Below, piece by piece: positions 28,666-38,747 of a stretch of DNA of 58,451 nucleotides. Source of the DNA: Candidatus Woesearchaeota archaeon (lineage in GTDB: Archaea; Nanobdellota; Nanobdellia; Woesearchaeales; WAPJ01); contig JBLKOL010000003.1 in the NCBI GenBank assembly GCA_047602765.1, forward strand, positions 1-58,451, given 5' to 3'. Within the stretch, counting starts at the first letter, position 1, and the number at the start of each line of letters is the position of its first letter. The notes beneath the pieces are model-generated. The model worked only from the letters and a program-made list of their open reading frames with translations. It was not told where the DNA came from and did no database searches. Made by a program: the position numbers and the translations under genes.

Positions 28666-30180
28666 TCAACCGGTCGGAACCGGACCGATGTGCCACGGAA
28701 CGCTCGAATCATCTTCAGACTCTGAGCCTTCCCCAGACTCCTCAGAATCGCCGGTAGGCATTAGGCCGAGGTAGGCCTGGGCGTTCGCATGACCGAGCTC
28801 AGCGAGTTCCTCAACGTACGATCGAGCCGTACGATCAGTGAGGTCCTCGAGCCCGAGGGCCTCGCGTACGTGATCGCCGATCGCACGCGTATCAGAACCC
28901 GAAACGTAAGGGGTGTCGAGCATCGCCGCGAGACGATTGAGACGAGCAGCCTTGCGCTCCATACCCATCCGGGCCACGCCGCTCAGGCGTCGTCCTTGGG
29001 TCGGCGTCTCACTCGTACGATCCGAATAGTCCTTTCGAGCGAGGTAAGCATGGCCGAAGGCGAGCGTCGCGTTACCGTGTCGGGTGTTCTTGAGCGCGCG
29101 TTGAGGATCGGACAACGCTCGGTCTTGACGGTGGGCGTGACCCTGGCGTCGAGCGAGGTATCCTCCGACCGCTCCTGCAGTGGCGAGTACGCCTGCAGAG
29201 AGACCGGCGACGATCCATTCCAACGTCGACGCACTACGCGGCGATTCTCCTTCGGATGGGGGAACCGGAGCATCGTCTTCGGGGTCTGCAGGAGTAGGTT
29301 CGTACTCTGGCAACCCTTTGACATCATCACTTCCATTCAAGGGGGCGGGCGTTCTATTCTGTTCGTCCGAAGAGTCCGGCTCAGCACTCCAATCCGCAGG
29401 ACGTTCTCGAGGTCCGTAGAGCGGATCGGAGTGTCCCAACACCGTGCGGTCGAACTCGAACAGCAGGCGAGGGTCCGTATCAGCAGGATACGCAGGCTCC
29501 GCTCCATCAGGCGTATCGGGATCTGATGGACGGCTCTCTGGATCCGGCAGGGCCTGAGGATCGGAGACTGCGCGAGCGGCTACAAGATTATCGAGGGATC
29601 GTACCGACACGGTTTCGCCGCGGGCAAGAAAATGAGGGCTTACAGAGCCATCTTCGCAATACCGTGCCTCGTTGTATCTCCTCCCAGGATGCTGAGCATA
29701 CCAGTCGCTCACAAGGCATTTACCGTTCTCTTCAGCAATCGCTTCGGTAGCCTCTATGAGTGCCTTATTCCGAGCGGGCTGATCTGTGGGGAGGTGGTCG
29801 GCGAGGTAGTCTTCAGCGATACGCCAGAGCGAGTTAGGGCCGTCGACACCGGCTCGATACACACGAGCCTCGTCATCGTTGAGCACGTGTTCGTGGACCG
29901 TCTGCTGCACGGGAGGCGTGTAGGACTCGGCAAGTGCACGTCCCCCGTAGAGACTGCCTACCGTGAGCGCAACCGTGGCCAGAGTCCCCGCCAGGATTTT
30001 TGTGATGCGGTTCCACAACCCGGGTTTGCGATTCGAAGCGAACGCACCACGACGTTCTTCGAGGCGATCAGGCGAGATGCCCCAGTCAACAGCGCCCCAC
30101 TCCCTGCCTGGTGATGGTGATGTGCGCTCGTACGAACGCGTCGGTGGAGGTCTGCTTGAGAATCCCGGCGTGTACACCAT
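28666..30180 (-). CDS. Two-TM membrane protein with an extracellular LysM-like domain and acidic Pro-rich linker
   Basis: VYRAG..G..SLWRIAEDYL..IAEENG..FL..GETVSV fits the LysM pattern, between two TM segments; start 30180 or 30198. Confidence 0.65.
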   Translation of the reverse strand: MVYTPGFSSRPPPTRSYERTSPSPGREWGAVDWGISPDRLEERRGAFASNRKPGLWNRITKILAGTLATVALTVGSLYGGRALAESYTPPVQQTVHEHVLNDDEARVYRAGVDGPNSLWRIAEDYLADHLPTDQPARNKALIEATEAIAEENGKCLVSDWYAQHPGRRYNEARYCEDGSVSPHFLARGETVSVRSLDNLVAARAVSDPQALPDPESRPSDPDTPDGAEPAYPADTDPRLLFEFDRTVLGHSDPLYGPRERPADWSAEPDSSDEQNRTPAPLNGSDDVKGLPEYEPTPADPEDDAPVPPSEGESPRSASTLEWIVAGLSAGVLATAGAVGGYLARRQGHAHRQDRALSDPQRALKNTRHGNATLAFGHAYLARKDYSDRTSETPTQGRRLSGVARMGMERKAARLNRLAAMLDTPYVSGSDTRAIGDHVREALGLEDLTDRTARSYVEELAELGHANAQAYLGLMPTGDSEESGEGSESEDDSSVPWHIGPVPTG

Positions 30181-30384
30181 GGGGTACAGGGGATTCACTT
30201 ATTCAAATACTCTTCGAGAATGGTAACAGAAGATTTCCGAAAACCGTTTTCGAACTGAAGAGGTGAGGCAACCGCCCCCAACTGTATACACTGTAGTTAT
30301 GAGTGTTTAAGAGCCTTGCTCGGTAAGCGTAGTAAATCGTATACCCTGTGTTCGTTCCGCTCGGATACGTCCTTCGGACGTAAG

Positions 30385-30636
30385 TCAGTATGTGACTACG
30401 GGCAGAGCGTACTGGTCAGCACCGATACGTGGTTCGAGGTCCTCGGATACGAATCCTTCTTCGACGAGCTCACCGAGGCCTTTGGACACGATTCCGAGTT
30501 TCGGATGTGAGCCCACACGCAATGCGGACGGAAGCGCTGGAGCGATCACGTCAGCGACCTGCCCTAACGTCATGCCTTGGTATGGTGTTGGTGAGACGTC
30601 ATAGAGAGCCCTGAGCAGAGTGTCGTTGATCGACAT
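30385..30636 (-). CDS. Small winged-helix-like protein
   Basis: 83 aa, GMTLGQVA..IVSKGLGELVEEGFV pattern. Confidence 0.5.
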   Translation of the reverse strand: MSINDTLLRALYDVSPTPYQGMTLGQVADVIAPALPSALRVGSHPKLGIVSKGLGELVEEGFVSEDLEPRIGADQYALPVVTY

Positions 30637-30679
30637 ACACTGAGGGTGTGAAAGGAAGAGAAAAAGGTTCGGGAACGGT

Positions 30680-30988
30680 TTACTCGAGCATCTCGATCTC
30701 GATGTTGAGCCCCTCGGGGATCTGGACGCGCATGACGAGGCGCAGGGCGCGCTCGTCCATGGCCAGGTCGATGAGGCGCTTGTGGATCCGCATCTCGAAG
30801 CGGTCCCACGTCGCCTTGCCATCGCCACAGGGCGACTTTCGCGTCGTGATCTTGAGGCGTTTGGTCGGAAGCGGGATCGGACCAGCCATCTCGACACCGG
30901 TCTTCTCTGCGATCTCGGCGATCTCACCGCACACCGCGTTGACCTTGTCGATGTCCGTCGACGCTATCTTGATCCTCGCTTTCGACAT
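30680..30988 (-). CDS. rps10: 30S ribosomal protein S10 (uS10)
   Basis: [32 protein letters not shown]. Confidence 0.98.
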   Translation of the reverse strand: MSKARIKIASTDIDKVNAVCGEIAEIAEKTGVEMAGPIPLPTKRLKITTRKSPCGDGKATWDRFEMRIHKRLIDLAMDERALRLVMRVQIPEGLNIEIEMLE

Positions 30989-30998
30989 GGTAGAGCCC

Positions 30999-32282
30999 TT
31001 AGATGTTCTTCTTCACGAGATCGATGCACATGCCTGCAGCCACGGTCGAACCCGAATCGCGGATCGCGAAGCGCGAGAGCTGCGGGATCTCCGACTGCTT
31101 CTCGAGCACGACGGCCTGCACGGGGCGTACCTTGACGATCGCCACATCTCCGTTGCGCACGAAGTCCGGATTCTCAGCCATGACCTCGCCCGTAGCCGGG
31201 TTGATCTTCTTGACGATCTCGGTGATCGTACAGGCGACCTGGGCCGTGTGGATGTGGAATACCGGCGTGTAGCCGACCGTCATGACCGTCGGGTGGTTGA
31301 GCACGACGATCTGAGCCGTGAACTCCTGAGCAACGGTAGGCGGGCTATCAGGTGTTCCGAAGACGTCACCACGGGCGATGTCCTTCTTACCGATACCACG
31401 CACGTTGAACCCGATGTTCGAACCCGGGCGGGCCTGCTGGACCTGCTCGTGGTGCATCTCGATCGACTTGACCTCACCGTTCACACCCTTACCTTCACGG
31501 CCGGGCATCGCGGTGATCTTCATACCGACCTTGAGAACGCCGGTCTCGACACGGCCGACCGGAACGACTCCGATACCCGTGATGTTATACACATCCTGAA
31601 TCGGCAGGCGCATCGGGAGGTCGACGGGTCGCTCGGGTTCTTCGAGCTTGTCGAGGGCTTCGAGGAGCGTCGGACCATTGTACCATCCGAGGTTATCTCC
31701 CTTCTTGACCGAATTGTCGCCCTTGAGCGAGGCAAGCGGGATGAAGGGGACCTCATCGGGCTTGTAACCGACAGTCTTGAGCAGCTTGGAGACGTCCTCC
31801 TTCGTCTTGGTATAGGCGTCTTCAGCGTAGTCGCGCATGTCCATCTTGTTGACCGCGACGATGAGCTTCTGGACTCCGAGCGTACGGGCGAGGAAGACGT
31901 GCTCTTTGGTCTGAGCCATCACACCATCCGTAGCGGCTACGACGAGCACAGCGGCATCAGCCTGTGAGGCTCCAGTGATCATGTTCTTGACGAAGTCACG
32001 GTGGCCCGGAGCGTCGATGATCGTGAAATCACGGTGTTCAGACTCGAACTTCTTGTGAGCGAGATCGATGGTGACTCCGCGCTCCTGCTCCTCTTTGAGA
32101 TTGTCCATGACGAAGGCGAACTCGAAGCCCGCCTTGCCGAGCTCCTTGGCCTTCTCCTGGAGCTTGCGCATCGCCTGTTCGGGGATGTTACCTGAGTCGA
32201 AGAGCAGCCTTCCGACGGTGGTCGACTTACCGTGGTCGACGTGACCGATGAAGACAACATTCATGTGGGGTTTTTCTGCCAT
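30999..32282 (-). CDS. tuf: Elongation factor 1-alpha
   Basis: [29 protein letters not shown] and NKMD motifs. Confidence 0.99.
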   Translation of the reverse strand: MAEKPHMNVVFIGHVDHGKSTTVGRLLFDSGNIPEQAMRKLQEKAKELGKAGFEFAFVMDNLKEEQERGVTIDLAHKKFESEHRDFTIIDAPGHRDFVKNMITGASQADAAVLVVAATDGVMAQTKEHVFLARTLGVQKLIVAVNKMDMRDYAEDAYTKTKEDVSKLLKTVGYKPDEVPFIPLASLKGDNSVKKGDNLGWYNGPTLLEALDKLEEPERPVDLPMRLPIQDVYNITGIGVVPVGRVETGVLKVGMKITAMPGREGKGVNGEVKSIEMHHEQVQQARPGSNIGFNVRGIGKKDIARGDVFGTPDSPPTVAQEFTAQIVVLNHPTVMTVGYTPVFHIHTAQVACTITEIVKKINPATGEVMAENPDFVRNGDVAIVKVRPVQAVVLEKQSEIPQLSRFAIRDSGSTVAAGMCIDLVKKNI

Positions 32283-32384
32283 TATGTTGTACCTCTACGT
32301 TTGTTAGTGTGAATAACGACTCAGGGCCACTTCGAGGGTTTATAAGTGTTGCTTCTCGGGGTCCTCGGAACACGTCGGAGCCAC

Positions 32385-32996
32385 TCAGGGTTCGGTACGA
32401 TCCAGGCCGTTCCCGAGGTTGTTGAACCACTCGAAGAACGCTTCAGGATCCGTGAACACGCGAACGGACGCGGTGCCATGGTGGGCTGTTCGCTCGAACG
32501 ACGGATTCCATTCTTGATCGAGCCATTGCTTCTCTTTAGGGCTCCGAGTGAAATAGAATCTCATGTGCGAAGCAGTGGAACGCATGGCAGCCTCTGTAGC
32601 TTGGGAATCGGAGAACGCTTCGTCGTTCAGGTAGGCGTAGCGGAACGTCAAATCATCGCCGAATCGCTCGGTCGCAGCTCGTCTGGCGATCCGAACGAGG
32701 CTGTCTGAGCCATCGGTCTGCGAACGTGCACGGGCGAGTGCCGGGTAGAACGCCGGGTTGATCACGCCACCGTCGTGTGCGAACGTGCGCAGGATATCGG
32801 CGTCGGCATCGGTCCCGAGCCGCGAGGCCAGATCGGCGATCGACTCGTGCGGCGCTCCGAGCATCCTGACCATGGCGAGCTCTTTCTGAGCGAATTCGAG
32901 CCCTCCGAACTTGAGTAGATATTCGTTGACGCTGAGTTGAGGGCTGTCATGCACCGCTGCGCGGTACTTGTCAAGCGAGGGATGCGAACATTTCAT
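32385..32996 (-). CDS. Hypothetical protein inserted between EF-2 and EF-1alpha
   Basis: 203-aa ORF with its own TTTTTATA box ~25 nt upstream. Confidence 0.6.
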   Translation of the reverse strand: MKCSHPSLDKYRAAVHDSPQLSVNEYLLKFGGLEFAQKELAMVRMLGAPHESIADLASRLGTDADADILRTFAHDGGVINPAFYPALARARSQTDGSDSLVRIARRAATERFGDDLTFRYAYLNDEAFSDSQATEAAMRSTASHMRFYFTRSPKEKQWLDQEWNPSFERTAHHGTASVRVFTDPEAFFEWFNNLGNGLDRTEP

Positions 32997-33068
32997 GTTG
33001 TCACTAGGAAGTAATATCGGTATAAAAATTTGACGTATAGAGAGACACGAACCGTTTTCGAAACCAAC

Positions 33069-35249
33069 CTACTCGTTCTCACCGAGGCCCTTGCGCTGGC
33101 GGATCTGCTTGACGACCTGCGCCTGGAGCTCGAAGGGCAGCTGCTCGTAGAGCTGGTCGATGACGAACTGCGAGCCGCGACCGCCCGTAGCCGAGCGCAG
33201 ATCGCCGGTGAGTCCGAAGGACTCGGCGACCGGCATCTTCGCCTTCGTCTGCGAGAGATAGTCATCCTGGTGCATGTCGAGCAATTGTCCACGGCGGTTG
33301 CTGATCAGCTTTGAGATCTCACCGACGTAGTCGATCGGCGCGTCGAACTCATTGATGAGCACCGGCTCGAGGATGATCGGCTTAGCCTGCATCATCGCAC
33401 CGCGGATACCCTCGCGGACCGCCGGATACACCTGGGCGGGACCGCGGTGGATCGCATCTTCGTGGAGCTTGACATCGGTGATCGTCACCTTGATCTTCAT
33501 GCACGGCTCACGAGCGAGCGGACCGTTGTTCATCACGTCCTCGAACGAGTCGAGGATGAGCTCGATCACCTCGTTCATGTAGACGATACCTTTCGTACCG
33601 TCCACGATCAGATTGCCGTTGAAGACGTCACGGACGCGTTTGGCCTCGTCACGATCCATACCGACCTTGATGAGCTCTTCGATGTTCTTATCATCCTTCT
33701 TCTTGATACGGCCTTGAGTGACATTCCCTTCCTTGATCGCCTTGGCGATCGCATCGTCAAGGGGTTCGACGGTGAAGTAGAACTTGTTGTGCTTGTTCGG
33801 ACTCTTACCTTCGAACGCCTCGGGCGAACGTGCTTGCACCGTCTCGCGGAAGACAACGACCGGAGGAGACGTCTTGACCTCGACGTTCTTCTCAGACTTG
33901 ATACGGTTCTCGATGACCTCGAGATGGAGCTCTCCCATACCACTGATAAGATGTTCTCCAGTCTCCTCGTTGATCTGGATGACGATCGTCGGATCCTCCT
34001 TGTTCACCTGCCGCAATACTTCAACGAGCTTGGGCAGATCAGACGGACGAGCAGCCTCGATCGCCTTGGTCACGACCGGATCGAAGATGTGCTTGATACC
34101 CTCGAACGCGGTGAAATCAGGCTTGCTCGAAACCGTCTCACCGGAAAAGACATCCTTGAGACCGACGATACCGATGATGTTACCCGGATACGCAACGTCG
34201 ATGAGCTCGCGTTTGGGTCCATTATAGACAGAGAGCTGCTGGATGCGTACCTTACGGTTCCCACCGATCAAGTAGACTTCCTGACCTTGGGTGAGCGTAC
34301 CTGAGAAGATACGACCAGCGGCGATCTCGCCCGCGTGCTTGTCTACGACGATCTTCGTACACACGAAGGCAGCAGCACCCTCGGGATCGCATGAGACGAG
34401 CGCACGACCCTCAGGTGATTCGTCCTCACCACGCCAGATCTTGGGGATACGATACGCCTGTGCAACGGCTGGAGCAGGATGGTGGCGGATGACCGAGTCA
34501 AGGACGATCCCGTGGAGCGGAGCGCTCTTGGCGAGCTCTTTGACCTTCGAATCATCATCGGACTGGTAGGCTGCGATGATGTCTGCGAACGTGATGCTCC
34601 TGGCCTGCATGTAGGGAACCGAAAGCGCCCAATTGTGGAACGCAGAGCCGAACATGACCGAACCGTCAGCGACGTTCACCTTCCACTTCTCCTTATACTC
34701 GTCTTCAGCGATCTGGCTGATGAGCCGGTTGATGTTCGTGATCTGCTTCATGAACGACTGCTGCATCTGCTCAGGCGTGAGCTTGAGCTCCTTGATGAGA
34801 CGATCCACCTTGTTGATGAAGAGAATCGGACGCACGCGTTCCTTGAGCGCCTGGCGCAACACCGTTTCGGTCTGCGGCATCGTACCTTCGACCGCACAGG
34901 TGAGCACGATCGTGCCGTCGATCGCACGCATCGCACGCGTCACGTCACCGCCGAAATCGACGTGTCCGGGCGTATCGATCAGGTTGATGAGATACTCCTT
35001 GCCGTTGAGCTCGTGGACCATCGAAACGTTCGCCGCATCGATCGTGATACCACGCTCAGCCTCGTCCTCATGGAAGTCGAGCGCACGCTGCTTACCCGCG
35101 AGCTCACCTGAGACCATGCCGGCTCCGAACATGAGGTTGTCGGAGAACGTCGTCTTACCGTGGTCGATGTGTGCTGAGGTGCCGATGTTACGGATCCGTT
35201 CAGGATCCTTCATGAGACGCTTGATCTTGTCTATCTGTTTCTCTGCCAT
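33069..35249 (-). CDS. fusA: Elongation factor 2
   Basis: AHIDHGKTT, DTPGHVDF, NKVD and diphthamide loop HEDAIHRG. Confidence 0.99.
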   Translation of the reverse strand: MAEKQIDKIKRLMKDPERIRNIGTSAHIDHGKTTFSDNLMFGAGMVSGELAGKQRALDFHEDEAERGITIDAANVSMVHELNGKEYLINLIDTPGHVDFGGDVTRAMRAIDGTIVLTCAVEGTMPQTETVLRQALKERVRPILFINKVDRLIKELKLTPEQMQQSFMKQITNINRLISQIAEDEYKEKWKVNVADGSVMFGSAFHNWALSVPYMQARSITFADIIAAYQSDDDSKVKELAKSAPLHGIVLDSVIRHHPAPAVAQAYRIPKIWRGEDESPEGRALVSCDPEGAAAFVCTKIVVDKHAGEIAAGRIFSGTLTQGQEVYLIGGNRKVRIQQLSVYNGPKRELIDVAYPGNIIGIVGLKDVFSGETVSSKPDFTAFEGIKHIFDPVVTKAIEAARPSDLPKLVEVLRQVNKEDPTIVIQINEETGEHLISGMGELHLEVIENRIKSEKNVEVKTSPPVVVFRETVQARSPEAFEGKSPNKHNKFYFTVEPLDDAIAKAIKEGNVTQGRIKKKDDKNIEELIKVGMDRDEAKRVRDVFNGNLIVDGTKGIVYMNEVIELILDSFEDVMNNGPLAREPCMKIKVTITDVKLHEDAIHRGPAQVYPAVREGIRGAMMQAKPIILEPVLINEFDAPIDYVGEISKLISNRRGQLLDMHQDDYLSQTKAKMPVAESFGLTGDLRSATGGRGSQFVIDQLYEQLPFELQAQVVKQIRQRKGLGENE

Positions 35250-35258
35250 ACTGCTTAC

Positions 35259-35741
35259 CTATTCGAGGATGTGGACGTCGTGAACGCTCTTGTACGAGTG
35301 GAGATCTTCGGGTTCGAACCAGAGCGCGATCTCACGCTTCGCATCCGCTTCGTTCGCGGACGCGTGGATCAGGTTCTTCACACCGATACCTTTCGAATCC
35401 GCATACCCGTATGATACGTGCGCATAGTCACCACGGATCGTACCTGGAGCAGCGCCTTTGGGTTCGGTCGAGCCGACCATCTTGCGCACGCCTTCGATCG
35501 CATTGACGCCTTCAAGAACGAAGGCGACGACCGGACCGGTACGCAGGAACGTGTCAAGACCCTTGAAGAAGGGCTTCTCAGCGTGCTCCGCGTAGTGCTT
35601 CTTGGAATGTTCAGCGTCGACCCATTTCATCTTGAGACCGACGATCTTGAAACCGGCGTTCTCAAAACGCGTGAGTATCTGACCTGAGATCTGGCGTTGG
35701 ACCGCATCCGGCTTGAGCATTACGAACGTTCTTTCGATCAT
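35259..35741 (-). CDS. ndk: Nucleoside diphosphate kinase
   Basis: ERTFVMLKPDAVQR, PGTIRGDY and NLIHAS (phospho-His) motifs. Confidence 0.97.
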   Translation of the reverse strand: MIERTFVMLKPDAVQRQISGQILTRFENAGFKIVGLKMKWVDAEHSKKHYAEHAEKPFFKGLDTFLRTGPVVAFVLEGVNAIEGVRKMVGSTEPKGAAPGTIRGDYAHVSYGYADSKGIGVKNLIHASANEADAKREIALWFEPEDLHSYKSVHDVHILE

Positions 35742-35802
35742 GATGATTACCTCGTGTCTTTCGAGCATAAGGTTGGGTTTATAAGCGTTGCTCGTCGGGA
35801 TA

Positions 35803-36618
35803 TCAGTGTTCGACCGAACGACGGATGCGTTCGAGACGTTCGAGACGCACAGGCGCTCCGACCGATGACGCATACAGGTTCCAGAAGAGCCGGGTCAACC
35901 AGACGATCCACTCGCGATCCTCGAAGCGGTAGAACAAGAAGTACTCTCCTCCGAGCTCGTTCGTCTTACCAGAACCGATGCGCTGTTCTTTGAGACGCAT
36001 GATCCTATCATCGATGATCGCAGCACGCAGCGGATGCTCGCAGTGACGGATCTCAAGGCGATCGGCGAAACGCCTGCTCAATGAGAGCGCCTCGCGGATC
36101 GTCGCCTCACTCTCGACATCCACACGGCAGAGCACCTTGACGTTCACACCCCGCTCGAGGATCGACTCGAACGCGTCGTAGAGTCCGCTGTTGAGCAGGC
36201 TCAGATTCCCCGAGTAGAAGAGGACCTGTTCGCGGGCGTTCGCAAGCTCAGCTGAAAACTCTGCGAGATCAGCCGATTCATTGCGGTGGAAGATGACCTG
36301 CGCATCCGCGAACTGGTAGATGTCGAACGGAGAGAAATCGTTCTTCGTCCGACCCGAACGGATACGCGCCTCGAGCATCTGTTGTGAGGCCGTAGCTGAC
36401 GCGCGTTCGATACCCGCCCAGTACACGATCTTGAGCGCTCCTTGCGTGCCTTTACGGAACGTTTTGACCTCGAGCGTACCGTACTCAGCCTTGATCTGCT
36501 CGACGTAACGAGCCGCCGTCCTCCAGTTGCGTCCTAGAAACTGCGCGAGTTCTTGCATCGAACGCGGCTCTTGGGATACGAAGGATTCGATCCTGCGACG
36601 ATCATCGTTGGAGAACAT
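35803..36618 (-). CDS. TrmB-like regulator (wHTH plus PLD-like effector domain)
   Basis: N-terminal HTH (SMQELAQFLGRNWRTAARYV); C-terminal V.VL.R..LEIRH..LRAAIID pattern. Confidence 0.65.
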   Translation of the reverse strand: MFSNDDRRRIESFVSQEPRSMQELAQFLGRNWRTAARYVEQIKAEYGTLEVKTFRKGTQGALKIVYWAGIERASATASQQMLEARIRSGRTKNDFSPFDIYQFADAQVIFHRNESADLAEFSAELANAREQVLFYSGNLSLLNSGLYDAFESILERGVNVKVLCRVDVESEATIREALSLSRRFADRLEIRHCEHPLRAAIIDDRIMRLKEQRIGSGKTNELGGEYFLFYRFEDREWIVWLTRLFWNLYASSVGAPVRLERLERIRRSVEH

Positions 36619-36724
36619 GATCCTTCAGAGGAAGCGGGACGGGTTTAAACATTTGGATAGTACAACGCTAATGACAGACGAACACAACGAATAACCAATA
36701 CGAATACAACTCTTATACAACGCT

Positions 36725-37351
36725 ATGGCATCTTCACCAGGACGGAACTGGAAGAAACCGCTCAACACCGGACTCGCCCCGATCGACGAGTACCTCAGAT
36801 GTGCGGAAGAAGAACGCATCAAGGCAGAGATAGCACTGCGTAACGCACTCCTCACGATCGAAAACGCACGAGCGCTCGACGAGAGGTTCTACGCGGATGC
36901 ACACGGCAAGTTCTACACGCACGATCTGACGCTCGCTCAGAGCGTTGGGCACGAACGCGTACCGGTCATCTCATACGGACCACGCGATCTCATCAGCGAC
37001 GATATACTCGAACGCTACCCGACGCTCGGCTCACTGCTCACCTCTCGGCCTGGAAGGCTCGAATCGGTCACGATCGAAGAAGAACGCCTCGTCCTCGGAA
37101 TCCCCATGCTCGAAGATGACCTGTTCGTAGACGCCCGATGCTACCTCGACGAGCGGGCGGTGATCCTCACGATGAAACAAGAAGCGTACCTGCTCAGAAA
37201 CGGAGAGCGCCACACGGTTACGAGCGTACGCCACGGACTCCCGCTCGAGGCGATCTCAGATTACCTCATCGCACAAGGCACACCGAACCATCTCATCGAC
37301 GAAGCGCTTACACTCATCGAGAGAAGACGTGAACGAACACCGGCAGGATAA
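36725..37351 (+). CDS. Hypothetical protein
   Basis: 208-aa ORF filling the gap, host-like codon style. Confidence 0.6.
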   Translation: MASSPGRNWKKPLNTGLAPIDEYLRCAEEERIKAEIALRNALLTIENARALDERFYADAHGKFYTHDLTLAQSVGHERVPVISYGPRDLISDDILERYPTLGSLLTSRPGRLESVTIEEERLVLGIPMLEDDLFVDARCYLDERAVILTMKQEAYLLRNGERHTVTSVRHGLPLEAISDYLIAQGTPNHLIDEALTLIERRRERTPAG

Positions 37352-37372
37352 GAAAACGATTTTCTCAGAGCA

Positions 37373-37567
37373 CTACTTGTGCTCTTTGGCCTTGACCTCG
37401 AAGAACTCCTTGGTCCACCGCGTACGACGCGGCACGCGCTTGAGAACCATCATGTTCTTCTCGGCCTTGCGGTTCTTGAAGTAGTAGACCTTTCCCGTCT
37501 TCGTCACGTACATGATGCCCGTGCCGCGCGGAATCGGATCTCCTGAGAACGAACAGCGCACCATCAT
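37373..37567 (-). CDS. rpl24e: 50S ribosomal protein L24e
   Basis: CSFSG..I..GTGIMYV..G.VYYF..K..KN..R..RWT. Confidence 0.95.
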   Translation of the reverse strand: MMVRCSFSGDPIPRGTGIMYVTKTGKVYYFKNRKAEKNMMVLKRVPRRTRWTKEFFEVKAKEHK

Positions 37568-37821
37568 TTCCGCCCCCGACCCATCTGACGGGCCTCGATC
37601 TCGGTTTCTCGGAGCATGAGGATGTCGCCGACACGAACCGGACCCTTCACGTTGCGCCTGAGGATCTTGTTCTGATCGCGTCCTCCAAGAACCTTGCAGC
37701 GGACCTGCGTCGCTTCGCCACGCGTACCGGTACGTCCGATGACTTCTTCGACGCGCGCAGGCACGGCTTCGGAGAAGGACACGCCGCTGCGCTCTTCGGT
37801 CTTCTTCTGTTCTCGTGCCAT
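37564..37821 (-). CDS. rps28e: 30S ribosomal protein S28e
   Basis: [50 protein letters not shown]. Confidence 0.97.
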   Translation of the reverse strand: MAREQKKTEERSGVSFSEAVPARVEEVIGRTGTRGEATQVRCKVLGGRDQNKILRRNVKGPVRVGDILMLRETEIEARQMGRGRK

Positions 37822-37822
37822 A

Positions 37823-38140
37823 CTACTCGCTCGTGAGCTCCTTGAGGATGCTCTCGCCATCTCCGAGTTCGATGACCGCGATCGCAGCCGTCGAAACCTC
37901 AAGACCAGCCGCTACGCCTAAGTCAGCCTTGAGCGGGACCTCGAAACAAGGGATCCCCTTCTCCTTGGCGAGCATCGGGATGTGGAGCACGATCTCCTTA
38001 GGTGATGCGTCGGATGCATAGATGACGGCCTTGGCCGTCGCACGTTCGAGCGCCTTGGTCGCCTCGTTCGTACCCTTCTTGATCTTACCTGATTTCTTCA
38101 CTGCCTCGACGAGTTCGAGGACCTGATCGCTTTCTACCAT
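37823..38140 (-). CDS. rpl7ae: 50S ribosomal protein L7Ae
   Basis: [29 protein letters not shown] and LG.AAGLEV..A motifs. Confidence 0.97.
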   Translation of the reverse strand: MVESDQVLELVEAVKKSGKIKKGTNEATKALERATAKAVIYASDASPKEIVLHIPMLAKEKGIPCFEVPLKADLGVAAGLEVSTAAIAVIELGDGESILKELTSE

Positions 38141-38165
38141 GTATGAACCTCCACAAAGAACAACG

Positions 38166-38191
38166 CTGCTCGAGCGGTGCTCTCATTGCAG
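38166..38191 (-). promoter_or_regulatory. Kink-turn in the rpl7ae 5' leader (L7Ae autoregulation element)
   Basis: Minus strand CTGC-AAT-GA-GAGC-ACC-GCTC-GA-GCAG: C-stem, 3-nt bulge, tandem GA pairs, NC stem; lies between the TATA (38213-38220) and the RBS. Confidence 0.85.
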
Positions 38192-38243
38192 ACCGAGGAG
38201 GGGATGAGACCCGTTTATAAGCGTGTTGGTGGGTGTGTTCTCG

Positions 38244-38747
38244 TTATCCGTAGGATCGCAGGTCGCGTTCCTCCATGCGTGGAGAGGCCCATGCACGGTC
38301 TATGGTGTTCTGGATGTCACCGAAGAGCTCACTGAGCGTACCCAAACGCAGTGCTACGATTTCGCGCACCGCTCGCGCGAGGAGCTCATCGTCATGGGTC
38401 ATGTTCGCATACTGACCCATCCGATGGTAGCGTGCGAGCACGTCCATGTGCGCGGTGATACGAGCCTTGAGTTCGTCGCTGAGCGCATCTGACTCTCGAA
38501 CCATGAGCATACTCTGAGGATTGGGGACGAGCAGTCCGTGGAAGAACGAATACCATTCGAACGCCGTATCGTACACTATCTTGCCGATCTGTCCCTGTGG
38601 CTTGGTGGACACGTACCCTTGTGAGCGCAGATGGTCAACGAGGAAAAAAACGGTTTCGAACGTCTCGACATCACAGTCGATGCCGAACGCAACGTGTACA
38701 CGTGCTATCGTTTCACGTGCTTCTTCGATACTCAGCGATCTATACAT
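38244..38747 (-). CDS. Hypothetical helical protein coupled to the histone gene
   Basis: 167 aa; ATG 38747 overlaps the histone stop by 8 nt. Confidence 0.65.
   Translation of the reverse strand: MYRSLSIEEARETIARVHVAFGIDCDVETFETVFFLVDHLRSQGYVSTKPQGQIGKIVYDTAFEWYSFFHGLLVPNPQSMLMVRESDALSDELKARITAHMDVLARYHRMGQYANMTHDDELLARAVREIVALRLGTLSELFGDIQNTIDRAWASPRMEERDLRSYG

Noticed and set aside
33400-33480. EF-2 diphthamide loop
   Set aside because: The His is conserved (HEDAIHRG); ordinary EF-2, not an EF-2p paralog
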